Positions 47,529-58,349 of a DNA stretch of 64,000 nt are shown here, piece by piece. The notes below the pieces were generated by a model. The model did not search any database, was not told where the DNA came from, and worked only from the letters and a program-made list of their open reading frames with translations. The stretch's first letter is position 1. Every line of letters begins with the position of its first letter. Both the position numbers and the translations under genes were made by a program. Origin of the DNA: a virus (lineage: Duplodnaviria; Caudoviricetes); the IMG/VR virus record IMGVR_UViG_2687453119_000006, positions 50,544 through 114,543 of that record; one strand, given 5' to 3'.

Positions 47529-48695
47529 ATGTTCAGCAAAGAGATCATCGACGCCATCGTCGCGGCGGCGAATGAGAACGGCTGGCCTGCGTCCGCGCTG
47601 CTGGCCGTCGTCGAGTGCGAGACCTCGGGCAAGCCGTTCGAGCAGGACAATCGCACGCCTTCGCTGCTCTTCGAGCGGCACAAGTTCTACTCCGAGATGG
47701 CAAGCCACGAGCCGAGCAAGCTCAAGGCAGCCATCAAGGCCGGCCTCGCCATCCCCAAGTGGAGCCGGAACACCCAGTACAAGGACCAGGGCACCTCGGC
47801 TGGCCGCCTCGCGGTAATCGCGCGGGCAAGGCAGATCGACGAGGAAGTCGCCAACAGAGCGGCGTCCTGGGGCCTTGGCCAGACCATGGGCTTCAACGCA
47901 GAGCGCCTGCACTACGAGAACGCGACCGCGATGGTCGCTGAGTTGTCGAAGGGCGTCGCCGAGCAGATCGAGGCCCTGGTGCGGGAGATCAAGTCGAGCA
48001 AGCTCGACCGCTTCCTGAAGGCCAAGGATTTCGCTTCGTTCGCCAAGGGCTACAACGGCCCCGGCTACAAGCAGAACAACTACGACGTTCGCATGCGCAA
48101 CGCAGACGCTGTCTGGGCTCGCCGCCTGGCCAACGGCTTCGACGCCAAGCCGAGCAAGACCATCACCGTGATCTACCAGTCCAAGCTCAAGGAGCTGGGA
48201 TACCCGGTCGGCAAGATCGATGGCGACTGGGGCGATCTGACCACGGGCGCGACCTCCGCGTTCCAGCGGAAGGAGGGCCTCAAGATCACCGGTCACCCGA
48301 ACGACGAGACCACGCAGCATCTCGAAAATGCCACGGCGGATCAGGCTCGCGAGCCGGCCGCTGAGCGCCAGACGGCAACTGTCGACGATCTCCGGGCCAC
48401 CGGCTCGCAGACGGTCGCGGCGGCCGACAAGGGCTCACTGGTGTCGAAGATCCTGGTTGGTGCCGGCGCCGTGGGTGGCGCGTCCCAAACCGGTCTCCTC
48501 GACCAAGCTCAGGACATGGTCGGTCAGGTGCAGGCTGCCAAGAGCGTCCTCGACTCCGTCCGTGACCTCGCTACCGGCCTCGCGCCGTACTGGTGGGTCG
48601 GCGTGATCGTGGTCGGCTTCATCACCTGGCGCCTGTACGGCGACGTCATCAAGCGCCGCCTCGAAGACCATCAAGCAGGAGTCCACCTTGGATAA
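47529..48695 (+). CDS. Endolysin: DUF3380-like muramidase plus PG-binding domain and C-terminal hydrophobic segment
   Basis: AVVECE, LFERHKF, ASWGLGQ.MGFN, FAKGYNG..Y; IDGDWG..T....AFQ...GL..TG. Confidence 0.9.
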   Translation: MFSKEIIDAIVAAANENGWPASALLAVVECETSGKPFEQDNRTPSLLFERHKFYSEMASHEPSKLKAAIKAGLAIPKWSRNTQYKDQGTSAGRLAVIARARQIDEEVANRAASWGLGQTMGFNAERLHYENATAMVAELSKGVAEQIEALVREIKSSKLDRFLKAKDFASFAKGYNGPGYKQNNYDVRMRNADAVWARRLANGFDAKPSKTITVIYQSKLKELGYPVGKIDGDWGDLTTGATSAFQRKEGLKITGHPNDETTQHLENATADQAREPAAERQTATVDDLRATGSQTVAAADKGSLVSKILVGAGAVGGASQTGLLDQAQDMVGQVQAAKSVLDSVRDLATGLAPYWWVGVIVVGFITWRLYGDVIKRRLEDHQAGVHLG

Positions 48696-49116
48696 GTTCC
48701 TCGAAAAGGCGAGGGCATTCTTCGGCACCACGGCGGGCAGGGTTGTTGCAGCCCTGCTCGTCGCGGCGGCGATCCTTGCCTACACGCATCACCGCGGCGC
48801 CGTCAGCGCGACCGCAAAACTCGAGCCTCAGATCGAGCAGCTGAAGCAGCAGCTCGCCGAGGCCAAGACGAAGCCCGCAGCTCCCGATATCCCGTACTGG
48901 CAGTGCAATGGTCCGAAAGAGACCAGGCACCCGCAGTGCCGTGACGAGGAGGCTGAGGCCCAGCTCGCCGAGCGCGTCGCGCGCACGGAACAGGGCAACG
49001 AGAAACTCGCAAAGAAAGTAGCAGACTATGAAAAGCAGCTGGCTAAGCGTGCTGCGAAAGCTGGGGCTTTTACTCTGTCTCCCGCTGACGCTCGCAGCCT
49101 GTCAAACATTAAGTGA
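48688..49116 (+). CDS. Putative i-spanin (Rz-like)
   Basis: N-terminal TM plus coiled coil after the endolysin. Confidence 0.6.
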   Translation: MDKFLEKARAFFGTTAGRVVAALLVAAAILAYTHHRGAVSATAKLEPQIEQLKQQLAEAKTKPAAPDIPYWQCNGPKETRHPQCRDEEAEAQLAERVARTEQGNEKLAKKVADYEKQLAKRAAKAGAFTLSPADARSLSNIK

Positions 49117-49324
49117 AGCGCCGCGGCAGGACCGCGTGGACCTTCAGGCGTGTCTTCGGATCGCCCAGACGGTCGAGCTTCCCGCGATCAAGGCCGGCGC
49201 CGACGCGCGCGCGGTGATCGCTCGCTACCGTGCCGCGCTCATCCGCGCCAACGGCAGCATCCGAGACACCCAGGCCTGCATGGCCCTGCTCGATAGGGCA
49301 GAGAAGAGTGGCCTCCTCGAATGA
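49028..49324 (+). CDS. Putative o-spanin lipoprotein (Rz1-like)
   Basis: Lipobox LAAC; overlaps the 3' end of the i-spanin in another frame. Confidence 0.65.
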   Translation: MKSSWLSVLRKLGLLLCLPLTLAACQTLSEAPRQDRVDLQACLRIAQTVELPAIKAGADARAVIARYRAALIRANGSIRDTQACMALLDRAEKSGLLE

Positions 49325-49653
49325 GCCTCGCCGACGTCACCCTTGAAACCGTCCTCAGCCTTGCGGGGCCGATGATCGCCGCCGCCGGCCTCGTAAGCGG
49401 CGTCTGGTACCGCATGGAGAGCAGGGTGGAGAGCGTCCGTAAGGACGCTGCCGCATCCGTTCACTCCGTCGAGAAGGAGCTGGCTGACTTTAAGCTGGAG
49501 GTCACCAAGGAGTACGCCTCCTGGGACACCGTGAAGGCGATCGAGTCTCGTCTGACCGAGCGCATGGACAGCCTCTCCGAAAACGTCATGAAGATGCCGG
49601 ACCTGATCGTCGATCGCATCTTCAAAATGGTCAATATGAGCGCGGGAAAGTAA
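49321..49653 (+). CDS. Single-TM coiled-coil protein, possible holin/antiholin
   Basis: N-terminal TM; end of lysis cluster. Confidence 0.6.
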   Translation: MSLADVTLETVLSLAGPMIAAAGLVSGVWYRMESRVESVRKDAAASVHSVEKELADFKLEVTKEYASWDTVKAIESRLTERMDSLSENVMKMPDLIVDRIFKMVNMSAGK

Positions 49654-49677
49654 CCGGCGCCACTCACCTGTGACTTC

Positions 49678-49728
49678 AGCCCCTGGACTGCCGGTTTGCA
49701 CACCCCGCAGTCTAGGGGCTCTTTTTTT
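49678..49728 (+). terminator. Intrinsic terminator
   Basis: 14-bp stem plus T7. Confidence 0.8.
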
Positions 49729-49771
49729 GTGCCTTCTGGGAACCTCAAAGCGAACGCAAAAAGCCCTGCAA

Positions 49772-49787
49772 TTTGCACGAATGCAAA
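49772..49787. promoter_or_regulatory. Operator-like palindrome (perfect arms)
   Basis: tttgcacgaatgcaaa. Confidence 0.7.
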
Positions 49788-49838
49788 TAATGTGCTAGGG
49801 AAAATACGAACACAATCCACCTATCCGCAGAGGTCCAA

Positions 49839-51805
49839 TTGCCCACGCCGCCCGTGCCGAACGACGAACGTGCCCGCAGAAAAGCCGTCGTCGAGGATCT
49901 GCTCAAGCTGGGTTACCACCCGCAGGGACAGAGAGGGGGCCTGGCCTCCGCCACCAAGACCGCGGAGCGCCGTGAAGGCATCAACTACCCCCGCTGGGTG
50001 CGGGACGAAGAAGCCCAACGCGACAAGGGTAAGCCGCACTATGCGGTCGACTGGTCGCTCTACATCCCGCCTGCGCCCGCCGCCACCGTCACCCGCGGCG
50101 CTGAAGAAGCAGGCGAAGAACTGTCCGCCGAAGACCACGCGCACAAGCGCGCCGTGGATCTCTCGACGGAGGTTACCAATCTCATCACCTCATCGAACTA
50201 CCCGGTCATCAACCCGGATGCCATCTTGATCGACTCCTACCTCGTCCGCCGCTACGATCGGTCGGTCGGTGGTTACGTCATCAAGGAGGGCACCCCGCGG
50301 ACGTGGATGACCGACACCCTGCGTGTCGCCCCGATCACGAATCCGCGGAACCAGAACTTCATCTTCACGGGCGCGCAGAACGATGCGCCGATCCACGAGG
50401 AGTTCTGGGCCAACCTACTGGCCTATGCCGACTTCCTGAACGCCAAGATCGTCGTCGGCCCCTGGACCTACGAGACGCAGTGGTGGGCGGAGAACAACCC
50501 CACGGCGCGCGCGTACGCGACCGAGCTGTCGCCATATCTGTGCTTCGGCCAGATGAAGATCGGCGACAACTTCGTGTTCTGCGGCGAAATGAACACGCTG
50601 CCGACCGCGTCGCAGCCGATCTCGGACCTGGTCACCTACAGCCGGGCCGCTGGGCCGTGTTTCCGCACGCCAAGCGCCAGCTGAAGTCCGTGCCGTCCAC
50701 CGACCCGAACGTCCAGGCCCACCAGGTCATGACGTCGGGCGCTGTCACGCGCCCCAAGGTCATCCCGCGCAAGGCCGGCGTGAAGTCGATCTTCCACCAG
50801 GTGGTTGGCGCCACCGTGGTGCAGTTCGACGACGAGGGCGACGTCTTCTGCCGGCAGATCTCGGCCAGCGACGATGGCTCGTTCTATGACCTCGACGCCC
50901 GCGTGGCGAACGGGGAGGTGACGACGGGCCACCGGGTCCGCGCGATCACGTTCGCCGACATCCATGTCCGCAAGCTCGATCCCGCCAACACCATGGCGAC
51001 GTTCGGCTGGGACATGCGCGGCAACGTGGCGAAGTATCGGAACTCGGTCGTGGACGTGCTCAATCCGGAGCACATGATCTACCACGACATCTTCGATAAC
51101 GAGCCGGGCAACCATCACCACGTCGGTGACAACGCCTACAGCTACGAAATGGCCATCCGCGGGCGCGACAGCGTCGAGTGCGAGGTCCTGCAATGTGGCG
51201 ACTTCCTGCTGCGCACCCTTGGCGAGGACCGCCTGGGCATCGTGGCAGAAGGCAACCACGACCTGGCGCTGGAGAAGTACGCGCGCGAGGGCAGGTACCG
51301 GAACCACGGCATCAACGTTCGCTTCGGCCTTCAACTGGAGGATGCGTACCTCGGTCACGTCGAGGCGCGATCGCACGCGCTCGACAACGAGCTGCCGGTG
51401 CCACGCTTCTCGCTGCTGGAGCACGCTGTCCGCCTGAAGTACCCGCAGCTCGGGGACAAGATCGAGTGGTGCCATGACGGCTACAGCCGCCTGATCGATG
51501 GCATCGAGGTCGGCAACCACGGCTTCCGCGGCGCGAATGGCGCCAAGGGCACTGTGGCTGGCTTCGCCCGCATGGGTCGCAAGATGACCATCGGCGACAA
51601 GCATTCACCGGAGATCAACGAGGGAGTCTACGTGTCTGGAGCGATGAACCTGCGCCACGGCTACAACAAGGGTCCGAGCGGCTGGGCCGTCTCGCACGTC
51701 ATCCAGTATGCGGATGGCAAGCGGGCGCTGATCACGCTTCAGAAGGGCAAATGGCGACCAGAGAAGCCGGTGATCCGGATGCCGGCGCCGTCCCTTGCTG
51801 CCTAG
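49839..51805 (+). pseudogene. T5 A1-like metallophosphoesterase/nuclease split by a frameshift at about 50644-50646
   Basis: Two ORFs join as TYSR|GRWAVFPHAK if one G is added; FADIH, HD, GNHD, NHG motifs; T.AQN and KAG.K..FH patterns recalled from A1-like proteins. Confidence 0.65.
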
Positions 51806-51808
51806 CCA

Positions 51809-51824
51809 TTTGCATGAATTCAAA
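51809..51824. promoter_or_regulatory. Operator-like palindrome
   Basis: tttgcatgaattcaaa; identical to the reverse-strand copy at 63776. Confidence 0.65.
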
Positions 51825-51842
51825 TTTGAAAGGAGAGAGCAA

Positions 51843-52517
51843 ATGAACTTGGTGATCGGTCTGTCGGGGTTTGCTCAGTCGGGTAAGACGACTGCGGCCC
51901 TGTACCTGGAGCAGAAGTACGGCGTGCGCCGTAAGCACATCGCAGAACCGCTGCGGGCGATGCTCGCGGTGCTTCTGAAAGCGAACGGCATGTCGGCCGA
52001 CATGATCACTCGCTACCTGGAGGGCGATCTCAAGGAGTGCATGATCCCCGAGCTGGGCGTCACGTCCCGCTACGCGCAGATCACGCTGGGCACCGAGTGG
52101 GGTCGCGAGCTGATCAATTCCGATCTGTGGGCTGACACCTGGGCTGCCGGCGTCGCGGATGGCGAGTCCGTGATGAACGACTCCGTCCGCTTCCCGAACG
52201 AGGAGAAGGCGATCCAGCAGCTCGGCGGCTTCACCATCCTGATCAAGCGCCCGGGAACCAAGCCGGCGAAGTTCTCCTGGGGCTGGATCGGCGAGAAGCT
52301 CTACGACTGGTTCGGCGTGCTCTGGGGTGCTCACGACAGCGAGCGCACCGACCTGCTCAAGCCGGACTACATCATCCACAACGACTCGACGGTCGAGCAG
52401 CTCTACGCCGACATCGACGAGGCCGTGCGACACTGGGAGGAGCGTGGCCGCACCAGCAGCCCGAAGGGCGTGGTCGGCGGCCTGGGTGTCATCCCGCTGG
52501 CACTGGGCCGAATCTGA
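51843..52517 (+). CDS. Deoxynucleoside monophosphate kinase
   Basis: IGLSG.AQSGKTT, A.PLR.ML, LGTEWGR, D.VRF.NE, H.SE. Confidence 0.9.
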   Translation: MNLVIGLSGFAQSGKTTAALYLEQKYGVRRKHIAEPLRAMLAVLLKANGMSADMITRYLEGDLKECMIPELGVTSRYAQITLGTEWGRELINSDLWADTWAAGVADGESVMNDSVRFPNEEKAIQQLGGFTILIKRPGTKPAKFSWGWIGEKLYDWFGVLWGAHDSERTDLLKPDYIIHNDSTVEQLYADIDEAVRHWEERGRTSSPKGVVGGLGVIPLALGRI

Positions 52518-52741
52518 TGGATCAGTCCCGCGTCATGTCGCTGGTTGAGGTGGTGACGTCGAGCCTGATCGGGTTCGTCGTCTCGATCTTCGCCAACTGG
52601 GCTGTGCTGCCGTTGTTCGGCATGCACCCCAGCCTCCATCAGAGCTTCTGGATCACCACGATCTTCATGGTGATCTCGATCGTTCGCGGTTACCTCGTGC
52701 GCAGGTTCTTCGCGGCCTACGTGACGCGCTTCGCCGCCTGA
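52517..52741 (+). CDS. Small two-TM phage membrane protein
   Basis: QSR.MS..E...GF..S...SI.RGY..RR.F pattern. Confidence 0.7.
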   Translation: MDQSRVMSLVEVVTSSLIGFVVSIFANWAVLPLFGMHPSLHQSFWITTIFMVISIVRGYLVRRFFAAYVTRFAA

Positions 52742-52960
52742 TGCCAACGAATCTGCTCGCGTTCAAGAAAGCGGCCAAGCGCATTTGTGTCAGCATCTAA
52801 TCTGCCACAACCCGGCACGTTTAGCGGAAGAAGTGGAAGCTTAGATCGAAGCGAGAATCGGCAACCGCTAAAACAGTTTCTTCTAAAGGGCAGGGCCCCC
52901 GGAGTCGACCAACCCCGGGCTCTTTCTATTTCCTGTCGAAATCACTGACCGAGGTGACCC

Positions 52961-55708
52961 TCATCGACCAAATCGGGACATCAACCCGTCGAGCGTTGCA
53001 GCGCCTGCAATTTGGTCATCCGGCACAAGCGCATAACTCCAAGGCTTGCTCTTACCAGCGTTCGCGTGCGCATTCGCCGTCTTGCACCACTTGGTCGCAG
53101 CGGCGGCTTTGGCCTGCACGTCGGGATCGTCGAGTTCGTTTCGAGCCTTCACCTCCACAACAAGCGCTCGATCCTTGGTCTCAATAACGAAATCCGGCTC
53201 ATATCCCTCACCGGAACGATATTCGATCTGAAACTGCGCACGCCCCGGCTTAATCCACTTTTCGACAGACTGCTCTGCGTCAATCAACACCGCCAGTCGC
53301 CGCTCGGGGTCGGAGTCGAATTTCTGAATCGGATAACAGCAATTTTTGAAGCCGCCAAACACGTGACGCCGCGTGTCGGACATAGGGACTATTGGCTGCC
53401 GGAAATCCCGCACCTTTTGGCCGGGCGCCATATTGAGAGGCTGTGGCTTCAGTAAGGTGAAACCGCGCGTGACTCGTACATCGTAGTCATCCTCTGCGAG
53501 CGGCGTCTCATGATAGTGCTGCATCATCTGCGCGAATACGAAATCTGCGAGCTGCCTCCCGTGGCGCAGCAAGACGTTCTCTATTTCAGTATCTGTCTTC
53601 AGATAAGAGCGCACACGCTCCACGACTTGACCTGCCAGCTTGTAGAGCAAGTCCGCATGAGCATCGTAGTCAATCTCGTTACGCTCGATTAAGTAGCGAA
53701 CGAGATAGTCCTCCATCCGACTTTCGCGCGGATCATCCACGGCCTTGGCGAGATACGTACGCGCTTCCGTCCGCAACGATTGGATGACGAGCCCGTCGTC
53801 AATCGGCCTCATGTTGATCGTATCGACCTTCTGAAGGTCGAAATCGCTGAAGCGGAACGTCGTTTGCCGCTTAGGCACGACTGTAATCTGCGGGATTGAA
53901 ATGGTACGGTCGGCTACGGTCGTGGCCACAACGGCGACAATCTCTGCAATGCGTGGGCCCTCTACAATTCCGGCAAGCGTCCCCTGTTGCGGCCGAACTA
54001 GCTCGCGCACTTCATTGGCAATTTGCTCCTGAACATTCGTGTCACGGAGGCCCTCAGCACTGACAAGCTTACGCTCGAACCGCCGGATAACCTCCAACGC
54101 TACTTCCGCCGTGCGTCCTTCCTCGGGCGAGGCCAGGACGAACCCATGCTGTGGTGTATCTGCGAAACCAGGTATCTCCGGCTGCTGGCCTGTTAACATG
54201 ATCTGCGCGATCGATGGCGACTCTACTAGGACCGCGCCTTCGGCAGAGACATCACCGCCATCACCAATCTGTATTTGGCGCATGACGATGGAACCCGGCT
54301 CCTTAGCCTTTTTGATGATCTCATCAAAACGGTCATGGGCAATGACGGTGAGGCGGTCGAGCGCCGCAAACTCATCCCCTTCATTACGAGACACACGCAC
54401 CCCGTACGGAAGCCGAAGACCACGACCGAGGGTCTGCTCGGTCAAAATATCAGATGCCGAGGCACGCAGCGGCACAATCGTGTAGAGATTAGTAACGTCC
54501 CAGCCCTCCTTAAGCTTGTTGACGTGTATAACAATCTCGGTGCGCCCGTCATGCTCAAGAGCGACAAGGCGCTGCATAGCCTCTTCGCTCTCCTCTCCGC
54601 GTTGCGCCGAATGTACCTCAACCACTTTATCTTTGAAGCGCCCCTTGAAGAAGTCCTCAGATTCGATAAAGGCACGCAAGCGGCGCGCATGGTCGGTGTC
54701 TTGGGCAACGACAAGAATGAACGGCTGCACCCGGGGCCGGCCCGTTACGCGGTGATAGCGATCCAGCTCTACGGCGGTATGGTCATGGTTGTGAACGGCA
54801 TCTTCAAGCTTGATCCGCTCAAGCTCGACTTCCGACAGTTTCCTGGCATCTGCCTCCGAAAAATTCGCGCGTGAGGCAACAGCCGGCTCCTTCACGAATC
54901 CATCAGCCATCGCCTGTCCAAGATCGTAGCTGTAGATGACATTTTTGAAGGGCCGAGAATTTGCGCCAACGGTCTTGGGTGTGGCTGTCAGTTCCAGCCC
55001 CAAAATTGGCTTCAGGCCGTCAATCGCTGTCGCTCCTGCGCTCGCACGATAGCGATGTGCTTCGTCCATTAGCAAGACAAGATCGGTGAGCTTAGATAGA
55101 TATTCGTAGTAGCTCTCGCCAATCGTCTCCTGAAGCCGCTTCATCTTCGGTTTGCCGCGCGGGCTTTCTTCCTTGTTGATTTTGTCGATATTAAAGATGT
55201 TGATATGCACATCTGACCCGAACAGGTCCGAAGAGCGGCCCTTGTCGAGCCGCACGCCGCGTCCGCTTTCATAATTGTCGCCGGTGATGATGAGTGGCGA
55301 ATTCTGTGCAAACTCGGCTATGCCACGAAAAACGTATTTGGGGCTCTCGGGCGAAAAATCCGAAATGAGCTTGTCGTAAATCGTCTTATTGGGCGCGAGC
55401 ACGAAGAAGTGCCTGCTTTTGCCCATGAGATAGAGGTAGCTGATAAACGCCCCCATGAGCCGGGTCTTGCCCACGCCGGTCGCCAACGCAAAACAAAGCG
55501 ACGGAAAGTCGCGCTCGAATTCCTCAACATGCGGGTAGACGGCCTTAATGGCGTCAAGCGCAACCTTGTTGTCGGTGAGTTTGGTGATGTCTATGCGACT
55601 AACAATGTCCTCAAGGATTTCGAGTGCGTTGGCCTGCGGCGGTCGCAAAGAAAGCCGTTGCATGATAGTGCGCACGGCGCGTGCGGAGTCGTTTACAACG
55701 TCCATCAT
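52961..55708 (-). CDS. res: Type III restriction endonuclease subunit
   Basis: ATGVGKT, DEAH, LKEGWD, EQTLGRGLR, C-terminal PDF...EVK nuclease. Confidence 0.9.
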   Translation of the reverse strand: MMDVVNDSARAVRTIMQRLSLRPPQANALEILEDIVSRIDITKLTDNKVALDAIKAVYPHVEEFERDFPSLCFALATGVGKTRLMGAFISYLYLMGKSRHFFVLAPNKTIYDKLISDFSPESPKYVFRGIAEFAQNSPLIITGDNYESGRGVRLDKGRSSDLFGSDVHINIFNIDKINKEESPRGKPKMKRLQETIGESYYEYLSKLTDLVLLMDEAHRYRASAGATAIDGLKPILGLELTATPKTVGANSRPFKNVIYSYDLGQAMADGFVKEPAVASRANFSEADARKLSEVELERIKLEDAVHNHDHTAVELDRYHRVTGRPRVQPFILVVAQDTDHARRLRAFIESEDFFKGRFKDKVVEVHSAQRGEESEEAMQRLVALEHDGRTEIVIHVNKLKEGWDVTNLYTIVPLRASASDILTEQTLGRGLRLPYGVRVSRNEGDEFAALDRLTVIAHDRFDEIIKKAKEPGSIVMRQIQIGDGGDVSAEGAVLVESPSIAQIMLTGQQPEIPGFADTPQHGFVLASPEEGRTAEVALEVIRRFERKLVSAEGLRDTNVQEQIANEVRELVRPQQGTLAGIVEGPRIAEIVAVVATTVADRTISIPQITVVPKRQTTFRFSDFDLQKVDTINMRPIDDGLVIQSLRTEARTYLAKAVDDPRESRMEDYLVRYLIERNEIDYDAHADLLYKLAGQVVERVRSYLKTDTEIENVLLRHGRQLADFVFAQMMQHYHETPLAEDDYDVRVTRGFTLLKPQPLNMAPGQKVRDFRQPIVPMSDTRRHVFGGFKNCCYPIQKFDSDPERRLAVLIDAEQSVEKWIKPGRAQFQIEYRSGEGYEPDFVIETKDRALVVEVKARNELDDPDVQAKAAAATKWCKTANAHANAGKSKPWSYALVPDDQIAGAATLDGLMSRFGR

Positions 55709-57477
55709 TTATGTGCTCCCGCGAAGAAGTCGTCCTGCGCAGGATTACCGCGCTTGACTTTAACAGACGCGTCGCTCGGATCTGCTTCCTCGGACCTTGG
55801 CGCCGCCATCGGCAGATTCACGACGTTGAGGCTGTAATCGTCTTTGCCCCATTCGCATTTGCGCAGCACGGCCTGCGGGATCTTCCGCACGGTCAAATTC
55901 GGGAACGCGTCAAGATTGGCGTGGAAGGCCTTGCAACAGATTAGAAGAGTACGTTCCTCTCCTACTTCATTGGCTATTGCCTTGAACTGTTCGTGGGTTA
56001 GACTCTGCGTCGTCACAAAAATAAAATCACTCTCGGACGAACGTCCGTGCATCCAATAGGTCTCTTCGCTCGGCGCATAAGCGAAGCCCATGAGCTTGCA
56101 AATTGCTTCTGTAAGCATGGCAGCATTGTAGTCATTGCTGATGACCCAATTCCCCCAGCGATCCTTCTCAAGCAATGATGATGCAAGCCGGTAATAGCGA
56201 AATCCGCCACCACCCTGCCAATTTTCGCTTTGGGTAATCCCGCTGAGGTCCTCACCGTCAACGACTCGCTTGAGACGAGGAATAATGTGTGTGTTGCAAT
56301 GCTCCCCGAGCTCAACCATGACCCAACGCCGCCCCATCTTGTGAGAGACAGCACCCGTTGTGCCTGACCCAGCAAAGGAATCGAGCACCCAATCTCCCGG
56401 AGCGGTCGTGAGCTCGACAATCCGCTTTATGAGGGCCTCTGGTTTTTTTCCTTTCGGAAATTCCACCCCACCTTCATTATGTAGATTGTTCGAGAGTAGA
56501 TCGTCCCAAATGTTTGATAGCCCTACGCCGGCGACGCTTTGGCCGTTAATCTCCTTGACCTTGCTCTTGTAAAAGAGCAGTTGCTCGCCATTCAGAAAAT
56601 AATAATCAGACTTTCCGACTCTTTGGGACCTAGTGACTACGTCGCGGGAAACCCTCGATTTCTGAAGTGCGGCCCGCGCGTCTTCATTGACATCTTTGTC
56701 CTTTACGCGGGCAGTACGAACAACGCGCTCCGCATTGCGAAGAACAAATTCGTCTATCCGATTCTCAATATCGTCACCCAGAATGCTCTTTAGTTCATCC
56801 TTCGGAATTCCCTGCTCTAACGAGATGGCATCACGCAATCCGATTAGGCGCCAGCGCGAGAACTCGTCCTCGTAATTTTCAATAAACTTCGTGTATCGCC
56901 GATCTCGTTCAATTGGCTGGAGCACCCTGTTTGGCTTCCACTGGCTTTTATCTTTTGCGTAGAGAACGATGTAATTCGCAATCGTTACTACACCGGGATT
57001 GATCGCCTTGGGGCCTGAAACAGAGCTTTGCTTAAACGTGACCACGTAAAGGCGGTTACTTCGTCCAAAGATCTCATCGCAAAGGGCGATTAGGTAGCCG
57101 AGTTCGTTGTCGTCGATATGAACCGCAAACGTGCCGTCGGTCGAAAGAAGAGCATGCAGAATCTTGATTCGGTCACGCATAAGAGAGAGCCATATCGAGT
57201 GCTCCAGGCCGTCATCGTAGTGCTCAAACGCTTCCCCCGTATTGAATGGAGGATCGATATAGATGCATTTGATTCTGCCAATGAATTCCTGTTCAAGTGC
57301 TTTCAGCGCGAGAAGGTTGTCGCCAAATATAAGACGATTATCGAATATGTCGCCGTCCGTGACGCGCTGCTTTGCGTGATAGGACTTTTCTGCTTCCTCA
57401 AGCAGAATGCGTGGTTCGAGGCGCGGACGTTCATCCTTGCCAACCCATGTTAGCTCGAGACGCTGCTTACGGCTCAT
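55705..57477 (-). CDS. mod: Type III modification adenine methyltransferase
   Basis: GDNL, IYIDPPF, KKPE, VLDSFAGSGTT (beta-class order). Confidence 0.92.
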   Translation of the reverse strand: MSRKQRLELTWVGKDERPRLEPRILLEEAEKSYHAKQRVTDGDIFDNRLIFGDNLLALKALEQEFIGRIKCIYIDPPFNTGEAFEHYDDGLEHSIWLSLMRDRIKILHALLSTDGTFAVHIDDNELGYLIALCDEIFGRSNRLYVVTFKQSSVSGPKAINPGVVTIANYIVLYAKDKSQWKPNRVLQPIERDRRYTKFIENYEDEFSRWRLIGLRDAISLEQGIPKDELKSILGDDIENRIDEFVLRNAERVVRTARVKDKDVNEDARAALQKSRVSRDVVTRSQRVGKSDYYFLNGEQLLFYKSKVKEINGQSVAGVGLSNIWDDLLSNNLHNEGGVEFPKGKKPEALIKRIVELTTAPGDWVLDSFAGSGTTGAVSHKMGRRWVMVELGEHCNTHIIPRLKRVVDGEDLSGITQSENWQGGGGFRYYRLASSLLEKDRWGNWVISNDYNAAMLTEAICKLMGFAYAPSEETYWMHGRSSESDFIFVTTQSLTHEQFKAIANEVGEERTLLICCKAFHANLDAFPNLTVRKIPQAVLRKCEWGKDDYSLNVVNLPMAAPRSEEADPSDASVKVKRGNPAQDDFFAGAHK

Positions 57478-58349
57478 GAGGCGGACTTCCGTTCTTTTCG
57501 TTGATTCTGGTATTCGTATGAGTCGAGCAGAAATTCGCACAGTGTGAAAGCCGCATTGACCGCGAGCTTGGCGTGATGCCGTGCCGGATGGTACCGCCGA
57601 TCGTGCCGGTCACTCGCTTTGTTTGCTAGCTCGTATAGCCCGCTGACCTGTTGCTTCAGTCCCTGAAGAATTGACTTGAGGTAACTCTCAAGATTCTCAC
57701 CGGCCGGATTCAGCTTCAGCGGTTCTGACACCAGCTTATAAAGCTCTCTGATGTCACCTTCGTTCGGGTTAAAAATGACGCCAAGGCGTTCCAGCAATCT
57801 TTTCAGAAAGCCCTCTACGAGCGTATAGCTACTGCTGATTGCGCCTGCGAAGTCGTCGCTTTCGATTTTTGCGCCCGCTTTTTCAACATGCTCCATGATG
57901 CTTTGGTCGTTCAACTCGATGAGCGAAACAACTTCGATTTGCTCTCTGCGAGTTCGCACCAAAACAAAATCTCCCCCACTGAACCCTTGGAACGTATCCC
58001 CCTCTTTACGCAGTCGTATCCCATGAGGTTCGATAAGTTTATTCAGTTCATATGCGACAGCATTCGGATCAAGCCGCCCGTGTTCGTCATCCGTGCAAAA
58101 CGTGGGGAGAGCCACAAGTATTTCATCAAAAAACGGCGTCCCGTTGACGCTCTGCAAGAAGCGGTAGACATATAGTTCTGCATCGGGAGAGTGATCCGGC
58201 GGGTAGAGACCATCACCGCCAAACCGCCGAAAGAACCCTCCGATCCACCCAATCGTGTACGACACGGACACAGCTTTCGTATGCCCCGGCAATGGTCGGC
58301 CCTGGATCAGGTCGGAGAGTTTAGAAATCAACTCGTCGGGTAGTTTCAT
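57474..58349 (-). CDS. Abortive infection protein with Abi_C-like domain
   Basis: GAIS...TLVE...K, IL.GL.....L..L.N..SD.H, HAKLAVNAA.T...FL. Confidence 0.75.
   Translation of the reverse strand: MKLPDELISKLSDLIQGRPLPGHTKAVSVSYTIGWIGGFFRRFGGDGLYPPDHSPDAELYVYRFLQSVNGTPFFDEILVALPTFCTDDEHGRLDPNAVAYELNKLIEPHGIRLRKEGDTFQGFSGGDFVLVRTRREQIEVVSLIELNDQSIMEHVEKAGAKIESDDFAGAISSSYTLVEGFLKRLLERLGVIFNPNEGDIRELYKLVSEPLKLNPAGENLESYLKSILQGLKQQVSGLYELANKASDRHDRRYHPARHHAKLAVNAAFTLCEFLLDSYEYQNQRKERKSAS

Noticed and set aside
19522-51604. Many long antisense ORFs (e.g. 19522-21147, 24000-25085, 42570-44201)
   Set aside because: Shadow frames of high-GC genes with no motifs of their own
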